Assembly: GCA_965228855.1 (NCBI GenBank)
Contig: CBDDIJ010000002.1
Span: 2,400,001-2,464,000 of the forward strand
DNA length: 64,000 nt
Direction: 5' to 3'
From: Candidatus Obscuribacterales bacterium
GTDB lineage: Bacteria; Cyanobacteriota; Vampirovibrionia; Obscuribacterales; Obscuribacteraceae
Shown: positions 29,223 to 39,548 of the stretch, piece after piece
Layout: the number at the start of each line of letters is the position of its first letter
Position numbering within the stretch: the stretch's first letter is position 1
Translations under genes and position numbers: made by a program
Notes under the pieces: generated by a model
Database searches by the model: none
The model's input: the letters and a program-made list of their open reading frames with translations, nothing else
Told to the model about the DNA's origin: nothing

Positions 29223-29642
29223 ATGGTTAAACACTACAGCGAACAACTCGATAGAACATTTTTCGCGCTATCTGATCCCACGCGCAGAGCGATTATTGGA
29301 AATCTTGCGAAAAAGGGACCTTGCTCCGTACTTGAGCTTGCAGAGCCATTCAACATGTCTTTGCCTGCGATTTCAAAACACTTGAAATTGCTTGAAAATG
29401 CGAACCTCGTTACTCGCGAACGCAAAGGACGCGTTCACTACCTGACACTTGTGGGAGGACCCATGTCAGAGGCTAATGATTGGCTTGAGGCTTATAGCCG
29501 CTTTTGGCAGACGCACCTGGATGCGTTTGAAGAATACTTAAATGAAACAGGAGAATCTGAACATGACGACGACGTGCAAAGTACAGCCGACGGTCTTGGA
29601 GATAACGAAAGTTTTAAAAGCCCCGGTCGAGAGAGTCTATAA
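29223..29642 (+). CDS. ArsR/SmtB family transcriptional regulator
   Basis: LDRTFFALSDPTRRAII, SLPAISKHLKLLE, KGRVH. Confidence 0.9.
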   Translation: MVKHYSEQLDRTFFALSDPTRRAIIGNLAKKGPCSVLELAEPFNMSLPAISKHLKLLENANLVTRERKGRVHYLTLVGGPMSEANDWLEAYSRFWQTHLDAFEEYLNETGESEHDDDVQSTADGLGDNESFKSPGRESL

Positions 29643-30024
29643 AACTTGGACGGAACCGGAGCACATGGCGAAGTGGTTCGGCTGCGCAAAGACGGGAACT
29701 GTGCAGATCGAACAGGACTTGCGCGTCGGTGGAAACTTCAGAGTTGAAATGCACTGCACCGATGGCGAGATTGCAATTGTGCATGGAACCTTCAAGGAAA
29801 TTGAACCGAACAAGAAGCTCGTATACACATGGACTAATAATTCACAAGAATTTCCTGCCGCAGATACTCTTGTCACTGTGCTCTTCATTGGCAATGGAAA
29901 GGAAACCGAGTTGCGTTTAAAGCACCAGAATTTCGCCAAGGAAATTTCGGCTCAGGGGCACAGCATGGGTTGGGGCGCATCGCTTGATAAGTTTGAAAGC
30001 TTGTTCAACGATGATGCTGCTTGA
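29563..30024 (+). CDS. SRPBCC/AHSA1 domain protein
   Basis: APVERVYKTWTEPEHMAKWF, DLRVGG, HSMGWGASLDKF; AGGAG RBS. Confidence 0.88.
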   Translation: MTTTCKVQPTVLEITKVLKAPVERVYKTWTEPEHMAKWFGCAKTGTVQIEQDLRVGGNFRVEMHCTDGEIAIVHGTFKEIEPNKKLVYTWTNNSQEFPAADTLVTVLFIGNGKETELRLKHQNFAKEISAQGHSMGWGASLDKFESLFNDDAA

Positions 30025-30118
30025 CGCGAGTTTTTGAAACCAACATGAACTGCTCGCGCAAATCTTGTTCGAATCTTGTTAAACACACGAGCGTGACGCT
30101 CATCAAAGGAGAGTAAAG

Positions 30119-30604
30119 ATGTCACAAGAGAAATGGATTCCGGATGGTATCACATCCGTTACGCCGCATTTTGTTAGAAAGGATGCAGCAAAGGCGATCG
30201 AGTTTTACGAAAAGGCCTTTGGTGCCGAGGTGAAGCAGCGCTTGAACACGCCAGACGGCAGAGTTATGCACGCTTGTCTGAAATTCGGAAACGCTGCAAT
30301 TTTTATTTGCGATGAATTTCCCGAATGTGGTCCTGCTCTCGAACCACAAACAGAAAAGAACGCCCATGTGACCATTCATTTATTTGTAGAGGATGTAGAT
30401 GCCGCCTTCAAGCGTGCCACCGAAGCTGGTGCAAAGGCGCTGATGCCGCCAACCGATATGTTCTGGGGGGATCGTTACAGCCGTTTGCAGGACCCCTTTG
30501 GTCAGATGTGGAGCATTGCAACTCATAAAGAACAGCTCAGTCAGGAGCAGTTGGAAAAGAATATGGCCGAAGCTATGCAACAGATGGCCGGCGCCGCCAA
30601 GTAG
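30119..30604 (+). CDS. VOC/glyoxalase (PhnB-like) family protein
   Basis: AIEFYEKAFGA, DMFWGDRYSRLQDPFGQMWSIATH. Confidence 0.9.
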   Translation: MSQEKWIPDGITSVTPHFVRKDAAKAIEFYEKAFGAEVKQRLNTPDGRVMHACLKFGNAAIFICDEFPECGPALEPQTEKNAHVTIHLFVEDVDAAFKRATEAGAKALMPPTDMFWGDRYSRLQDPFGQMWSIATHKEQLSQEQLEKNMAEAMQQMAGAAK

Positions 30605-30645
30605 CCTTAACCGGCCTATGAGTAAGCGCGCACCAATCTAAGAAA

Positions 30646-30683
30646 AGTAGACAGAGTCAGATTGTTCGTCTGACTCTGCTACT
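30646..30683. terminator. Hairpin between convergent genes
   Basis: CAGAGTCAGA/TCTGACTCTG perfect 10-bp stem extended by AGTAG/CTACT. Confidence 0.65.
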
Positions 30684-30749
30684 GTTTACGCGTCGGGTAA
30701 ACTTTTTTTGCGGCGTTCGCTGCTTGCTGTGCTGAGAACGCGATCAAGT

Positions 30750-31646
30750 CTAGTGGGTTAATGCGTGTTTCAAAGCCGCTTCCAGTTCCGGATATCTGAA
30801 TTTGTAGCCCGATTGTTCAAGCTTTGTCGGTTTTACTAGTGTGCTCGAGAGAAGCAGTTCATCAGCCATCTCGCCCAGTAAGAGCCGCAGTCCAAAGGCG
30901 GGAACTGGGAAAACTGTCGGGCGATGTACAACGTTACCCAGCGTATTCGTGAACTCTTTATTCGTCACCGCATGTGGTGCTACGAGGTTGACCGGACCGG
31001 ATAAACTTTCTGTGTTCAAGATGTGGATGATGGCTCCGACCTCATCGTCCATCGAGATCCAGCTCATGTATTGTCGTCCATCACCGAGCGGTCCGCCCAG
31101 TCCCGACATTATAGGTGGAAGCATCTTCGCCAACGCCCCTCCTCGCTTGGACAGCACAACTCCGGTTCGGAGATTTACTACTCTGATCCCGGCTTTCTTC
31201 GCCGCTTCGGTTGCATTTTCCCAGTCCTTGCATACCTCTGAGAGAAAGTCGAAGCCGCCGCTTGCCGATTCGTCCACTATAGTGTCACCGCGCTCACCGT
31301 AAAAACCGATTGCAGAGCCGCATATAAAAACCTTCGGCGGATTTTTCAGCGCGGCAAGCGCGTTGGAAAGTTGGTTGGTGGAGCGTACGCGACTCTCGCG
31401 AATTTCTTTTTTCTTCTCGTCCGTCCACCGTCCCGATGATATGTTTTCACCGGCGAGATGGACGACGGCATCTACCCCTTCCAGGCAAACAAGGTTTTCG
31501 CCCTCACCGTTCTGGTCCCAGAATATCTCACTGGGTGATTCGCTCGCCTTCCGGACTAGATGAATGACTTGATGTCCATCGTTGGTGAGTCTGGTTGCGA
31601 GCTCGGAACCAATTAGCCCGTGTGAGCCGCTGATTGCTATCTTCAT
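30750..31646 (-). CDS. TIGR01777 family NAD-dependent epimerase/oxidoreductase (YfcH-like)
   Basis: MKIAISGSHGLIG, VVHLAGENI..RWT, SAIGFYG, GDGRQYMSWI, GPVNLVAP. Confidence 0.92.
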   Translation of the reverse strand: MKIAISGSHGLIGSELATRLTNDGHQVIHLVRKASESPSEIFWDQNGEGENLVCLEGVDAVVHLAGENISSGRWTDEKKKEIRESRVRSTNQLSNALAALKNPPKVFICGSAIGFYGERGDTIVDESASGGFDFLSEVCKDWENATEAAKKAGIRVVNLRTGVVLSKRGGALAKMLPPIMSGLGGPLGDGRQYMSWISMDDEVGAIIHILNTESLSGPVNLVAPHAVTNKEFTNTLGNVVHRPTVFPVPAFGLRLLLGEMADELLLSSTLVKPTKLEQSGYKFRYPELEAALKHALTH

Positions 31647-31902
31647 GGTTTCGTCCTCTCTACCCATCAGCCTGAGTCTCTCGTCCACCAGCCGTGACTC
31701 GACTCCTCCTCCTATTAGACCGAATTGAGGTGAACGTTGGGTGAGCGGAGGGAGTAATTTCAAGCTGGTTTTGACGCATGTAACAGGTGACCTGGCTGCA
31801 CCATCCTGACTCAGGAGTTCACCACGTGTTCACGCAGCGGGAATATAATTGTGAAAAGTCCTTCGCCCGATGGCGGCGCCTAGAAATCACGTGGGAACTT
31901 CA

Positions 31903-33036
31903 ATGAAGCCGGACACCGACAACCATATAAAGGGAAGCCCATTCGGCACTCTGAAGGCCTCCGAGCACCATCTCAGAGTCCTTGAGAACGCGGTGCAGTC
32001 AGCGCGCAACGGAATAGTAATTACCGATCCGCTTCAACCGGACAATCCAATTATCTTCTCGAACATCGCGTTCAGCGAATTGACCGGTTACGAGTTGAGC
32101 GAAATCATTGGGAAAAATTGTCGTTTCTTACAAGGTATGGACAGCGATCAGGCTGAGCTAAATGTACTCCGCTCTGCGATCAAGGAAGAGAAACCGTGCA
32201 TTGTGACTCTTCGCAACTACAAAAAGGATGGCACGCTCTTCTGGAATGAATTGAGCGTAGCTCCAGTGATGAATGAAGATGGGATCTGCGTCAATTTCAT
32301 AGGCGTTCAAAACGATATAACTGCAAGAAAAGAGGCTGAACGACAAGTATCCGAGTTTCACTCCATGGTGTCGCATGAGTTGCGCACGCCACTCACATCT
32401 ATCAAAGCTTCACTGGGTCTGGTAGAGGATGGTGATGCCGGACATATACCCGCACCAGCGAAGCGACTCATTCAGATAGCAACGCAAAACGCCCAGCGCC
32501 TTTTGAAACTCGTTGACGACATTCTTGACCTCAAAAGAATGGAATCTGGAAAGCTTCAATTGAACTTCACCATCGTCAACCCGGATGAACTTGTGGAGGA
32601 TGCGGTTAACTCGCTCAATGAACTAGCGAAGGCGAATGGTGTTTCCTTTGAAAAGGAAATTGCCACCACTCGTGCTTTCTGCGCGGATCCGGAGCGTGTC
32701 ACGCAAGTGCTATTCAATCTCATCGGAAATGCTATTAAGTTTTCCCCTACGAATGGGAAAATAACTATCAGAGTGGAAGATGAGGGCAAACAAATCCGAT
32801 TTTCAGTAAAGGACGAGGGACCGGGCATTGCTCAGGATCAACAAGGCAAGCTGTTTCACAAGTTTTCCCAGGTTGACTCCTCCGATACGCGACCGCAGCC
32901 TGGAAGTGGTTTGGGTCTATCAATTTCCAAAAAGATTTTGGATTTGCATGGGGGCGAGATAGGCGTAGATAGTAGGCATGGTGAGGGTGCGCTCTTCTGG
33001 TTCGCACTACCAGTGGTGCCAAAGGTGAATGGTTAA
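31903..33036 (+). CDS. LOV-domain (blue-light) sensor histidine kinase
   Basis: DNPIIFSN, GKNCRFLQG, LRNYKKDGTLFWNEL, FIGVQND; SHELRTPL, NAIKF, GSGLGL. Confidence 0.93.
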   Translation: MKPDTDNHIKGSPFGTLKASEHHLRVLENAVQSARNGIVITDPLQPDNPIIFSNIAFSELTGYELSEIIGKNCRFLQGMDSDQAELNVLRSAIKEEKPCIVTLRNYKKDGTLFWNELSVAPVMNEDGICVNFIGVQNDITARKEAERQVSEFHSMVSHELRTPLTSIKASLGLVEDGDAGHIPAPAKRLIQIATQNAQRLLKLVDDILDLKRMESGKLQLNFTIVNPDELVEDAVNSLNELAKANGVSFEKEIATTRAFCADPERVTQVLFNLIGNAIKFSPTNGKITIRVEDEGKQIRFSVKDEGPGIAQDQQGKLFHKFSQVDSSDTRPQPGSGLGLSISKKILDLHGGEIGVDSRHGEGALFWFALPVVPKVNG

Positions 33037-33742
33037 GGTTATGGCAAAAATTCTAGTAGCTGAGGATGACCGAGACCTGGCAGAAGTGGTGAGCTTCGCT
33101 CTGCAATCGAAGGGGCACATGGTGCAGGTCGTCCATGACGGCAAACAGTGCAGCGATTATCTCAGCACCTGCGAGTACGACCTCATCATACTCGATTGGA
33201 TGATGCCCTGGAAATCTGGTTTGGAGATATGCCAGTGGTTTAGAGCGAAAGGGGGCCGCACTCCAATTTTGATGCTGACCGCCAAGACTAAGATGGACGA
33301 CCGCGAACTTGGTCTCGACAATGGTGCCGACGATTATTTGACCAAGCCATTCGATCAACGCGAACTTGCTGCGCGTGTGCGGGCCTTACTCCGCCGTCCG
33401 GATGTGGTTGTGGGGAATGTTCTGAAAGCTCACGATATTCAACTTGATACAGTTTCTTGCATTGTCACCAGGGGCGGTGCTGAAATTCATTTGCGACCGA
33501 AAGAGTTCAGTCTGCTCGAATTCTTCATGCGACATCCTAATCAAACCTTTTCCACTGATGCATTGCTCCGGCGTGTTTGGCTTGATGACTCAGCCGCTAC
33601 GCCCGACAATCTGAAGACGCATATCAAGATGTTGCGTCAGAAACTCGATACCAATCGAGCGGAATCGATGATAAAGACCATCCGCCGGCGCGGATATGTG
33701 ATGACGACTCAGGATGGGATGGCGGAGTTCGCCGACGAGTGA
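33029..33742 (+). CDS. OmpR/PhoB family response regulator
   Basis: ILVAEDD, LIILDWMMP, GADDYLTKPF, winged-helix C-terminus; overlaps the kinase stop codon. Confidence 0.93.
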   Translation: MVKVMAKILVAEDDRDLAEVVSFALQSKGHMVQVVHDGKQCSDYLSTCEYDLIILDWMMPWKSGLEICQWFRAKGGRTPILMLTAKTKMDDRELGLDNGADDYLTKPFDQRELAARVRALLRRPDVVVGNVLKAHDIQLDTVSCIVTRGGAEIHLRPKEFSLLEFFMRHPNQTFSTDALLRRVWLDDSAATPDNLKTHIKMLRQKLDTNRAESMIKTIRRRGYVMTTQDGMAEFADE

Positions 33743-33987
33743 ACAATCGTACTCGCACTGCCTGAGAAGGAAGGCTTCGCAACATCTCGTAAAGAATTCT
33801 GAAATAAGCGGGACTGGTTTTTCTCACGCCTTTCCGTCGCTGCTGCGTTTCGAGCAACCTTCGTTTCAAGGCTTTTGAAAGGCCATCTTTAATATTGCTA
33901 ACGATTGCGAGAAGTCAAGTCTTGGGTGTTACTATCCTTCAACGCCCGAGTGGCGCAGCATAGACACGTCTTCTCCAGGAGTTTCCA

Positions 33988-36900
33988 ATGCCGAAGTGGA
34001 ACAAACCCCTTGCGCTTGGCGCAGCGCTTATCTCTTTCCTGCAACCATCTGCGGCATGGGCTGACGGTCGCGGTCAAAATCGTGGACAAGATTGGCAGGC
34101 GGCGCATTTCCTGGAGCTTCACGGGATGTCGCGCGCTGAGCGACATTTGATGCGAACGGAACAGCGTGATGCGCGCATTGAGGCTCGCATGGATCGTGTT
34201 CCCCGATCGTCAGTCGATGCCAGCACCATGGTGCGCAACTTGAGCCGACCTGTACAACCGGCTTTTAGCCTGGGCATGCTGCCGAATAATCTCAACTTGA
34301 AGTCGATGAAGAACACCATCAACTTGAAAAAGTTTGGTTTGTTGGAACCGGTAACCATCACTGCCGGCGGCAAGCAAATCGTTATAGACGGTTCCTCAAG
34401 ACTGACAACGGCTGAGGCTGTTGCGGTCCGGCAAATATTAACCACTGGAACGCAAACCATCGAGCTTTCCGCAAAAGGTGAAGCCGTTGGCGGCTCCATG
34501 GTGCTTAACCAAGATTCCGGTCAGCAACTCGGTCGTTTGATTATTCCGACTGGTGTCACTGTCATCGATAACGGCACCACAGGCGAGATTTCAGTGCGTG
34601 GCAACATCATCAACCAGGGTTCGCTGTATGCACTTTCGAGTAGCGACGGAAACTCTACGACCATCACCGCGCGCAACATCATCAACAGCAAAGGAGGTTT
34701 AGTTACCGGCGCAGTGCCGACGACCTCCAGCGTCGACTTTGGCGATCTCACGCATGGCGTAGACCTTACGCTCATCGCGCAGAATGGCATCTATAACTCT
34801 GGTGACATCACAGGTGGTGCTGGAAATTCGAACGTTCACCTGACCACCAACAATCTTCAGAACAATGGTTCAATTTCGTCCATCGACGGTTCGCTAAACA
34901 TTGACGCGCTCAACAGCCGCGGTAACGTGCGAATCAATAACGTCGGCGGAACGATGTCCGCCACCGCTGGCGATATCAATATTGGAAGCAACAACCTCGC
35001 GTTCACCAGAGAGATAAACATTCTTGGAGGCGATTACAACTCCAAGAACTTGAATTTGAACGGTGGTAATGGCGTTATCAACGGCGTCTTGGGTAATGTC
35101 AGCGGCAAAATGAATACGTCGGCGCGTATCGCGCACGTCGGAACCAACACGGAAACGCTGGTGCTCGGTAACACCTGTATCACAGGCGACCCGACATTCT
35201 GGAATACTGGAAACATCGACATACAGGGCGATATCATTGTCAACGAAGCGCTATCGATATTAGCAACGGGCAATATTACTGACACATCCGGTGTTCAGCA
35301 CATAATTAGAGCCAGAGCCGACAACGGTTCCGGAAAAGAAATCAATATAATCGCTGGTGCGGACCTGACTTCATCGTCAGGAACCAAGAGCCCGATAATC
35401 GGACCTTTTCCAGGCACCGGTTCAGCGATACCGAACGGCGCCAAAGTGACCGTTAAAGGACCGTCTGCAGGTGGTGGCAACATAGATCTTGGGATCAGCA
35501 TAATCGACGCCAGCGCTCAGAAACAGACCAACGGCAACGGTGGTAATGTCACACTCATTGCATACTCGGATGCTAACGGCGATAACGGAAAAATAAAAAT
35601 CTTAGGCTTCGACTCCAGTGTGCCCGGTGATGTGAAAACCAGCATTAATACCGGTGCTAGCGGTTTTGGAGCGGATGGGCACGTCATGATAATTGGCGGC
35701 GGCACAGGTGCTGACGCGATTAACATTGGTTCGATAAACACCATTGGTGGTGGCGGTGGCGTCGGCAACGTAACGATTTCCAATTCCAATGCGGTAGGGA
35801 CCGGAACCGCATCCAGTAACGGGACTCTCGCAGGAAACCTGGCTCCGGGGGCACTCCTGGGCGGAACTATAACAACCAATATTATTCAAACCGGTGGAGG
35901 TTTCCTCAAAATCGAAACTGGTGGAACAGCTGACCTGGGTAAAACTCTTGGTAGTACCAACGGTATCACTTCAACGATCTCCGCGTTCTATATAGGAACT
36001 GGGGGTGCGCTCACTGTTAATGCGGACAAAATAAATGTGCTTGGTGACGTCCGTGCCGATGGGGGGCCTGGAGTACCTGGACTCAGTGCCGGAGCCGGAG
36101 GAAAAGGTGGCTCTGGGACTATTGCTGGGAATGGCGGCGCTCTAACTCTCGCATCTGGTGCCGGTGGTGTCACGGTATCGTCAGGCAAGTTTGTTCTCGC
36201 TATTGGTGGATCTGGTGGCGTAGGGACTGCGGGTGGAACGGCCAAGCCCGGTAAGGGTGGATTGAGTGGCGGTGATGGTGGCGATGGTGGAAATGGCGGA
36301 AAAGTTACGATAACCTCGACTACTGGAGATATCGTCGTGAATTCCGGAGCGATAATTGCAGCGTCCGGTGGTGCCGGTGGCAATGGTGGTGCTGGCAGTG
36401 CTGGCTCTTCTGGAGCGAAGGGTGGCGCCGGCGGTGCAGGCGGAGACGGCGGAGCGGCCGGAGACGGCGGCACATTGCTGATTCAAACGGGATCCGGCAA
36501 CATCAATCTTGCGCTTGCCAGTCAGGTTTTAGCTGGTGGTGGCATCTCGCCGCTTAACCAGGGTGGAAATGGCGGTGCTGGCGGAGCCGGTGGTGCGGGT
36601 ACCGCTGGAGCCGGCGGCAATGGAGGTGCCGGTGGTAACTCTGGAAATGGTGGAGCGGCAGGTAAGCTTACGATTACATCTTCTTCCGGGAACATAAGTC
36701 TTGGCGCGATTCAGAACAATGGCGGAGCCGCTGGAACTGCAGGCGCTGGCGGTGGAGGCGGCTCCGGTACAGGTGGAAATGGTGGCAAGGGCGGTGCCGG
36801 TGGCTCTGGTGGTAATGGTAGCGCCGGTGGTGTTCTGACAATTGACGCCAACGGGTCTGGAACTATTACGACCAACAATGCCATACAAAGTTTCGGCGGC

Positions 36901-39282
36901 AGCGGTGCCAGTGGTGGCGCAGGCGGTGCTGGCGGATCCGGAAGTGTTGCCGGTGGTTCGGGCGGCGCAGGTGGTGCTGGCGGTCAAGGTGGCAATGCCT
37001 CGATTGTCGATATGTCTACTGAGTCAGGAGCGATTCTCGTAAACAACGCATCCGGCGCGGCAAGCCTCGGTGGTAACGGTGGCAATGGTGGTGCGGGTGG
37101 TAATGCCGGCACGGGTGGCAGCGGTTCTGGTGGTAGTGGAGGCAACGGCGGTAACGCAGGAAGCGCTGGCAACGCAAACCTCGTAAAAGTGTCTTCCACC
37201 AGCGGTAATATTGGAATTACCGGCGATGGTACGAGCGCAGGCTTCATTGTCGGTGGTGGCTTGAGTGCTCAGGGCAGTGTCGCCGCTGGAAATGGTGGCG
37301 CAGGCGGTGCTGGTGCTAATGGTTTCAGTGGCGGTGCCGGCGGTTTCGGTGGTAATGGCGGCTCAGTCGGTAGTGCGGGAACGCTCCAGGTCACTTCAAA
37401 CACTGGCAACATCGATTTCAGTCAAAAAATTGTCATCATTGCTGCAAGCGGAGACGCCGGAAGTGGAGGCAGTGGCGGCAAAGGCGGAGATGCCACCAAC
37501 TCTGCTGGAGATGGCGGTAACGCAGGCACTGGTGGTAATGGCGGTACCGGTGGCGTGGGTGGTACCATGAATATCAGCACCGGTGGATCGGTTACGACTG
37601 GTGATAAGTTTACTGCAGATGGTTCCGCTGGCGGTGCCGGTGGCAACGGGGGTGTTGCAGGCAACGGCGGCAGCGCGTCCGGCGATGGGGGCTCCGGGGG
37701 CTCCGGTGGAGATGGTGGCGCCGCCAACAAAGGTGGCAGCATCACGATTTCGGCGCAGAACGTCAGTATGAATAACTTCACCGCCAACGGATCAAGATCC
37801 GGCAACGGTGGCAACGGTCAGAATGGTGGCACGGCGGGTTCCACCGGAAATGGTGGCAATGGTGGTAGTGGCGGTAACGGCGGTGCTGCAGCCGGCGGTG
37901 GTACTGTAAAAATCACATCTACTTCCAACACAAATGCGAACGGAATCACTGTATCCGTTAAAGGTACAGCAGACGGAAGTCAAACCGGTGGTAACGGCGG
38001 AAACGCCGGAGCCGGAGCAGCAGCGGGTGCATCGGGAAGTAAAACCAGCGGCGGTAATGGCGGCAATGGTGGCAGTGCTGGCGGTGGCTCTACAGCTGTC
38101 GGCGGCAATATTACATTGACGACTACTGCGGGCACGATTACGGCAAACGCTCTTAGCGCCAACGGTAATCTTGCCGGACTCGCTCGGAACGGTGGCAGTG
38201 GTGGCAACGGTGGCACGACTTCCAGTAATGGTGATGGTGGTAACGGTGGCAATGGCGGCACTACCGGTAAGGGCGGGTCGATCACTGTCGGCTCCACAAC
38301 CGGCGCCGTAACTGTTGTGGGTCTTTCTGCAGCGGGTCAAGCGGCCTCGGATGGAGGAAACGGAGGAAATGGTGGCAACACCGGAACCTCAGGCGGCGAT
38401 GCCGGAAACGGTGGTGCTGGTGGCTCGTCCGGCGGCGGTGGAAACATCACAGTAAGTACCACCACCGGAGCTATAACGGCCAATAATGCGAACGCGTCCG
38501 GTAACGACAAAAATGGAAGTGGTGGAAATGGTGGCACTGGCGGTTCCGCTGGAAGCGGAGCCGGCGGAGACGGTGGCGCTGGTGGAGCAACTGGCGGCAC
38601 CGGTGGTGGTGGCTCTATCAGTATCACTTCGACATCCGGCGACATAACTGCCCTGGGCGCAGATGCGAGTGCTGGCGTAGCTACCGTTGGAACTGCCGGC
38701 AACGGTGGTACAGGCGGAGCCGGTACGACTTCAGGTGGAGGCGGTGGTGCAGCTGGCTCGACTGGTAATGGAGGTGCCGGTGGTTCCATCAAGATCACTA
38801 CAGGCACATCCAATACGGTCACTCTAGATACCTTGAATGTTTCAGGGGGAAGCGTCTTCAGCCCGGGGGCTACTGGTGGCACGGGTGGAAGTGGACCCGG
38901 CAAAGGCGGAGGCTCGGGCGGTAAAGCTGGAAACGGTTCGTCGGGCGGAGCTGGCGGAACCATCAATCTCACGGGGGCGGTAACCGGTCTGACTACAGTG
39001 ACTGCTGACGGCGGCGATGCGCAAGCGGGCGGTGACGGCGGCGTCGGGGGCGCTGGCGGACCGAAGGGCGGCAAAGGCGGACCTGGAGCCACAGGCGGAA
39101 ATGGCGGCAATGGCGGGACCGTCACGAGCAACGCTGCTCTGGGCGTGACTCCGACTGTCAGTGGTGGGACCGGCGGCGCTGCCGGTTCCGGCGGGACAGG
39201 TGGAACCGGAACCAAACCCGGCAAAGCTGGAAAGCCCGGCAAAGCCGGCATCGACGGCACCAATGGCTCGGTATCGCCATAG
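33988..39282 (+). CDS. Large secreted protein: haemagglutinin-like beta-rich N-terminus plus PGRS-like glycine-rich repeats
   Basis: Signal peptide ending AWA; N/G/T/I-rich beta repeats; over 1000 aa of GGxGGx blocks. Confidence 0.85.
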   Translation: MPKWNKPLALGAALISFLQPSAAWADGRGQNRGQDWQAAHFLELHGMSRAERHLMRTEQRDARIEARMDRVPRSSVDASTMVRNLSRPVQPAFSLGMLPNNLNLKSMKNTINLKKFGLLEPVTITAGGKQIVIDGSSRLTTAEAVAVRQILTTGTQTIELSAKGEAVGGSMVLNQDSGQQLGRLIIPTGVTVIDNGTTGEISVRGNIINQGSLYALSSSDGNSTTITARNIINSKGGLVTGAVPTTSSVDFGDLTHGVDLTLIAQNGIYNSGDITGGAGNSNVHLTTNNLQNNGSISSIDGSLNIDALNSRGNVRINNVGGTMSATAGDINIGSNNLAFTREINILGGDYNSKNLNLNGGNGVINGVLGNVSGKMNTSARIAHVGTNTETLVLGNTCITGDPTFWNTGNIDIQGDIIVNEALSILATGNITDTSGVQHIIRARADNGSGKEINIIAGADLTSSSGTKSPIIGPFPGTGSAIPNGAKVTVKGPSAGGGNIDLGISIIDASAQKQTNGNGGNVTLIAYSDANGDNGKIKILGFDSSVPGDVKTSINTGASGFGADGHVMIIGGGTGADAINIGSINTIGGGGGVGNVTISNSNAVGTGTASSNGTLAGNLAPGALLGGTITTNIIQTGGGFLKIETGGTADLGKTLGSTNGITSTISAFYIGTGGALTVNADKINVLGDVRADGGPGVPGLSAGAGGKGGSGTIAGNGGALTLASGAGGVTVSSGKFVLAIGGSGGVGTAGGTAKPGKGGLSGGDGGDGGNGGKVTITSTTGDIVVNSGAIIAASGGAGGNGGAGSAGSSGAKGGAGGAGGDGGAAGDGGTLLIQTGSGNINLALASQVLAGGGISPLNQGGNGGAGGAGGAGTAGAGGNGGAGGNSGNGGAAGKLTITSSSGNISLGAIQNNGGAAGTAGAGGGGGSGTGGNGGKGGAGGSGGNGSAGGVLTIDANGSGTITTNNAIQSFGGSGASGGAGGAGGSGSVAGGSGGAGGAGGQGGNASIVDMSTESGAILVNNASGAASLGGNGGNGGAGGNAGTGGSGSGGSGGNGGNAGSAGNANLVKVSSTSGNIGITGDGTSAGFIVGGGLSAQGSVAAGNGGAGGAGANGFSGGAGGFGGNGGSVGSAGTLQVTSNTGNIDFSQKIVIIAASGDAGSGGSGGKGGDATNSAGDGGNAGTGGNGGTGGVGGTMNISTGGSVTTGDKFTADGSAGGAGGNGGVAGNGGSASGDGGSGGSGGDGGAANKGGSITISAQNVSMNNFTANGSRSGNGGNGQNGGTAGSTGNGGNGGSGGNGGAAAGGGTVKITSTSNTNANGITVSVKGTADGSQTGGNGGNAGAGAAAGASGSKTSGGNGGNGGSAGGGSTAVGGNITLTTTAGTITANALSANGNLAGLARNGGSGGNGGTTSSNGDGGNGGNGGTTGKGGSITVGSTTGAVTVVGLSAAGQAASDGGNGGNGGNTGTSGGDAGNGGAGGSSGGGGNITVSTTTGAITANNANASGNDKNGSGGNGGTGGSAGSGAGGDGGAGGATGGTGGGGSISITSTSGDITALGADASAGVATVGTAGNGGTGGAGTTSGGGGGAAGSTGNGGAGGSIKITTGTSNTVTLDTLNVSGGSVFSPGATGGTGGSGPGKGGGSGGKAGNGSSGGAGGTINLTGAVTGLTTVTADGGDAQAGGDGGVGGAGGPKGGKGGPGATGGNGGNGGTVTSNAALGVTPTVSGGTGGAAGSGGTGGTGTKPGKAGKPGKAGIDGTNGSVSP
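36060..39270 (+). repeat. Glycine-rich coding repeats (GGNGGNGG/GGAGGAGG) alternating with short beta-strand spacers
   Basis: Recurrent GGT/GGC-rich 9-nt periodicity with diverged codons. Confidence 0.85.
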
Positions 39283-39548
39283 CGCTGCTTGAGCATAGAA
39301 ACAGGCGGCGGTGAGAATTTCAGTAATCTGTCTCGGGCTTTGCAGCGTCAAGAGTCTTCTTGGCAATGCTGCCGAGATGAGCGATATGTCATACTGTGTC
39401 TTCCTAATCGAGGCAGTTTCGCTGTTAAGTCTCTGCGGGCTGTGGCGTCTTGACTGACCGCCTCGACGATTGGTGTTTGCCGATCATGGTGCACCACAGG
39501 TGGTGCAAGAAACCCGTCAGCATGCAGTTAACTTCAAAGGAGAAGGTT

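Noticed and set aside
33988..39282. Mycobacterial PE-PGRS gene
   Set aside because: No PE domain; it has a Sec-type signal peptide and the context is not mycobacterial
35500..39366. Long Pro-rich minus-strand ORFs (e.g. 38337-39296)
   Set aside because: Antisense shadows of the GGN-rich glycine codons of the 1764-aa gene
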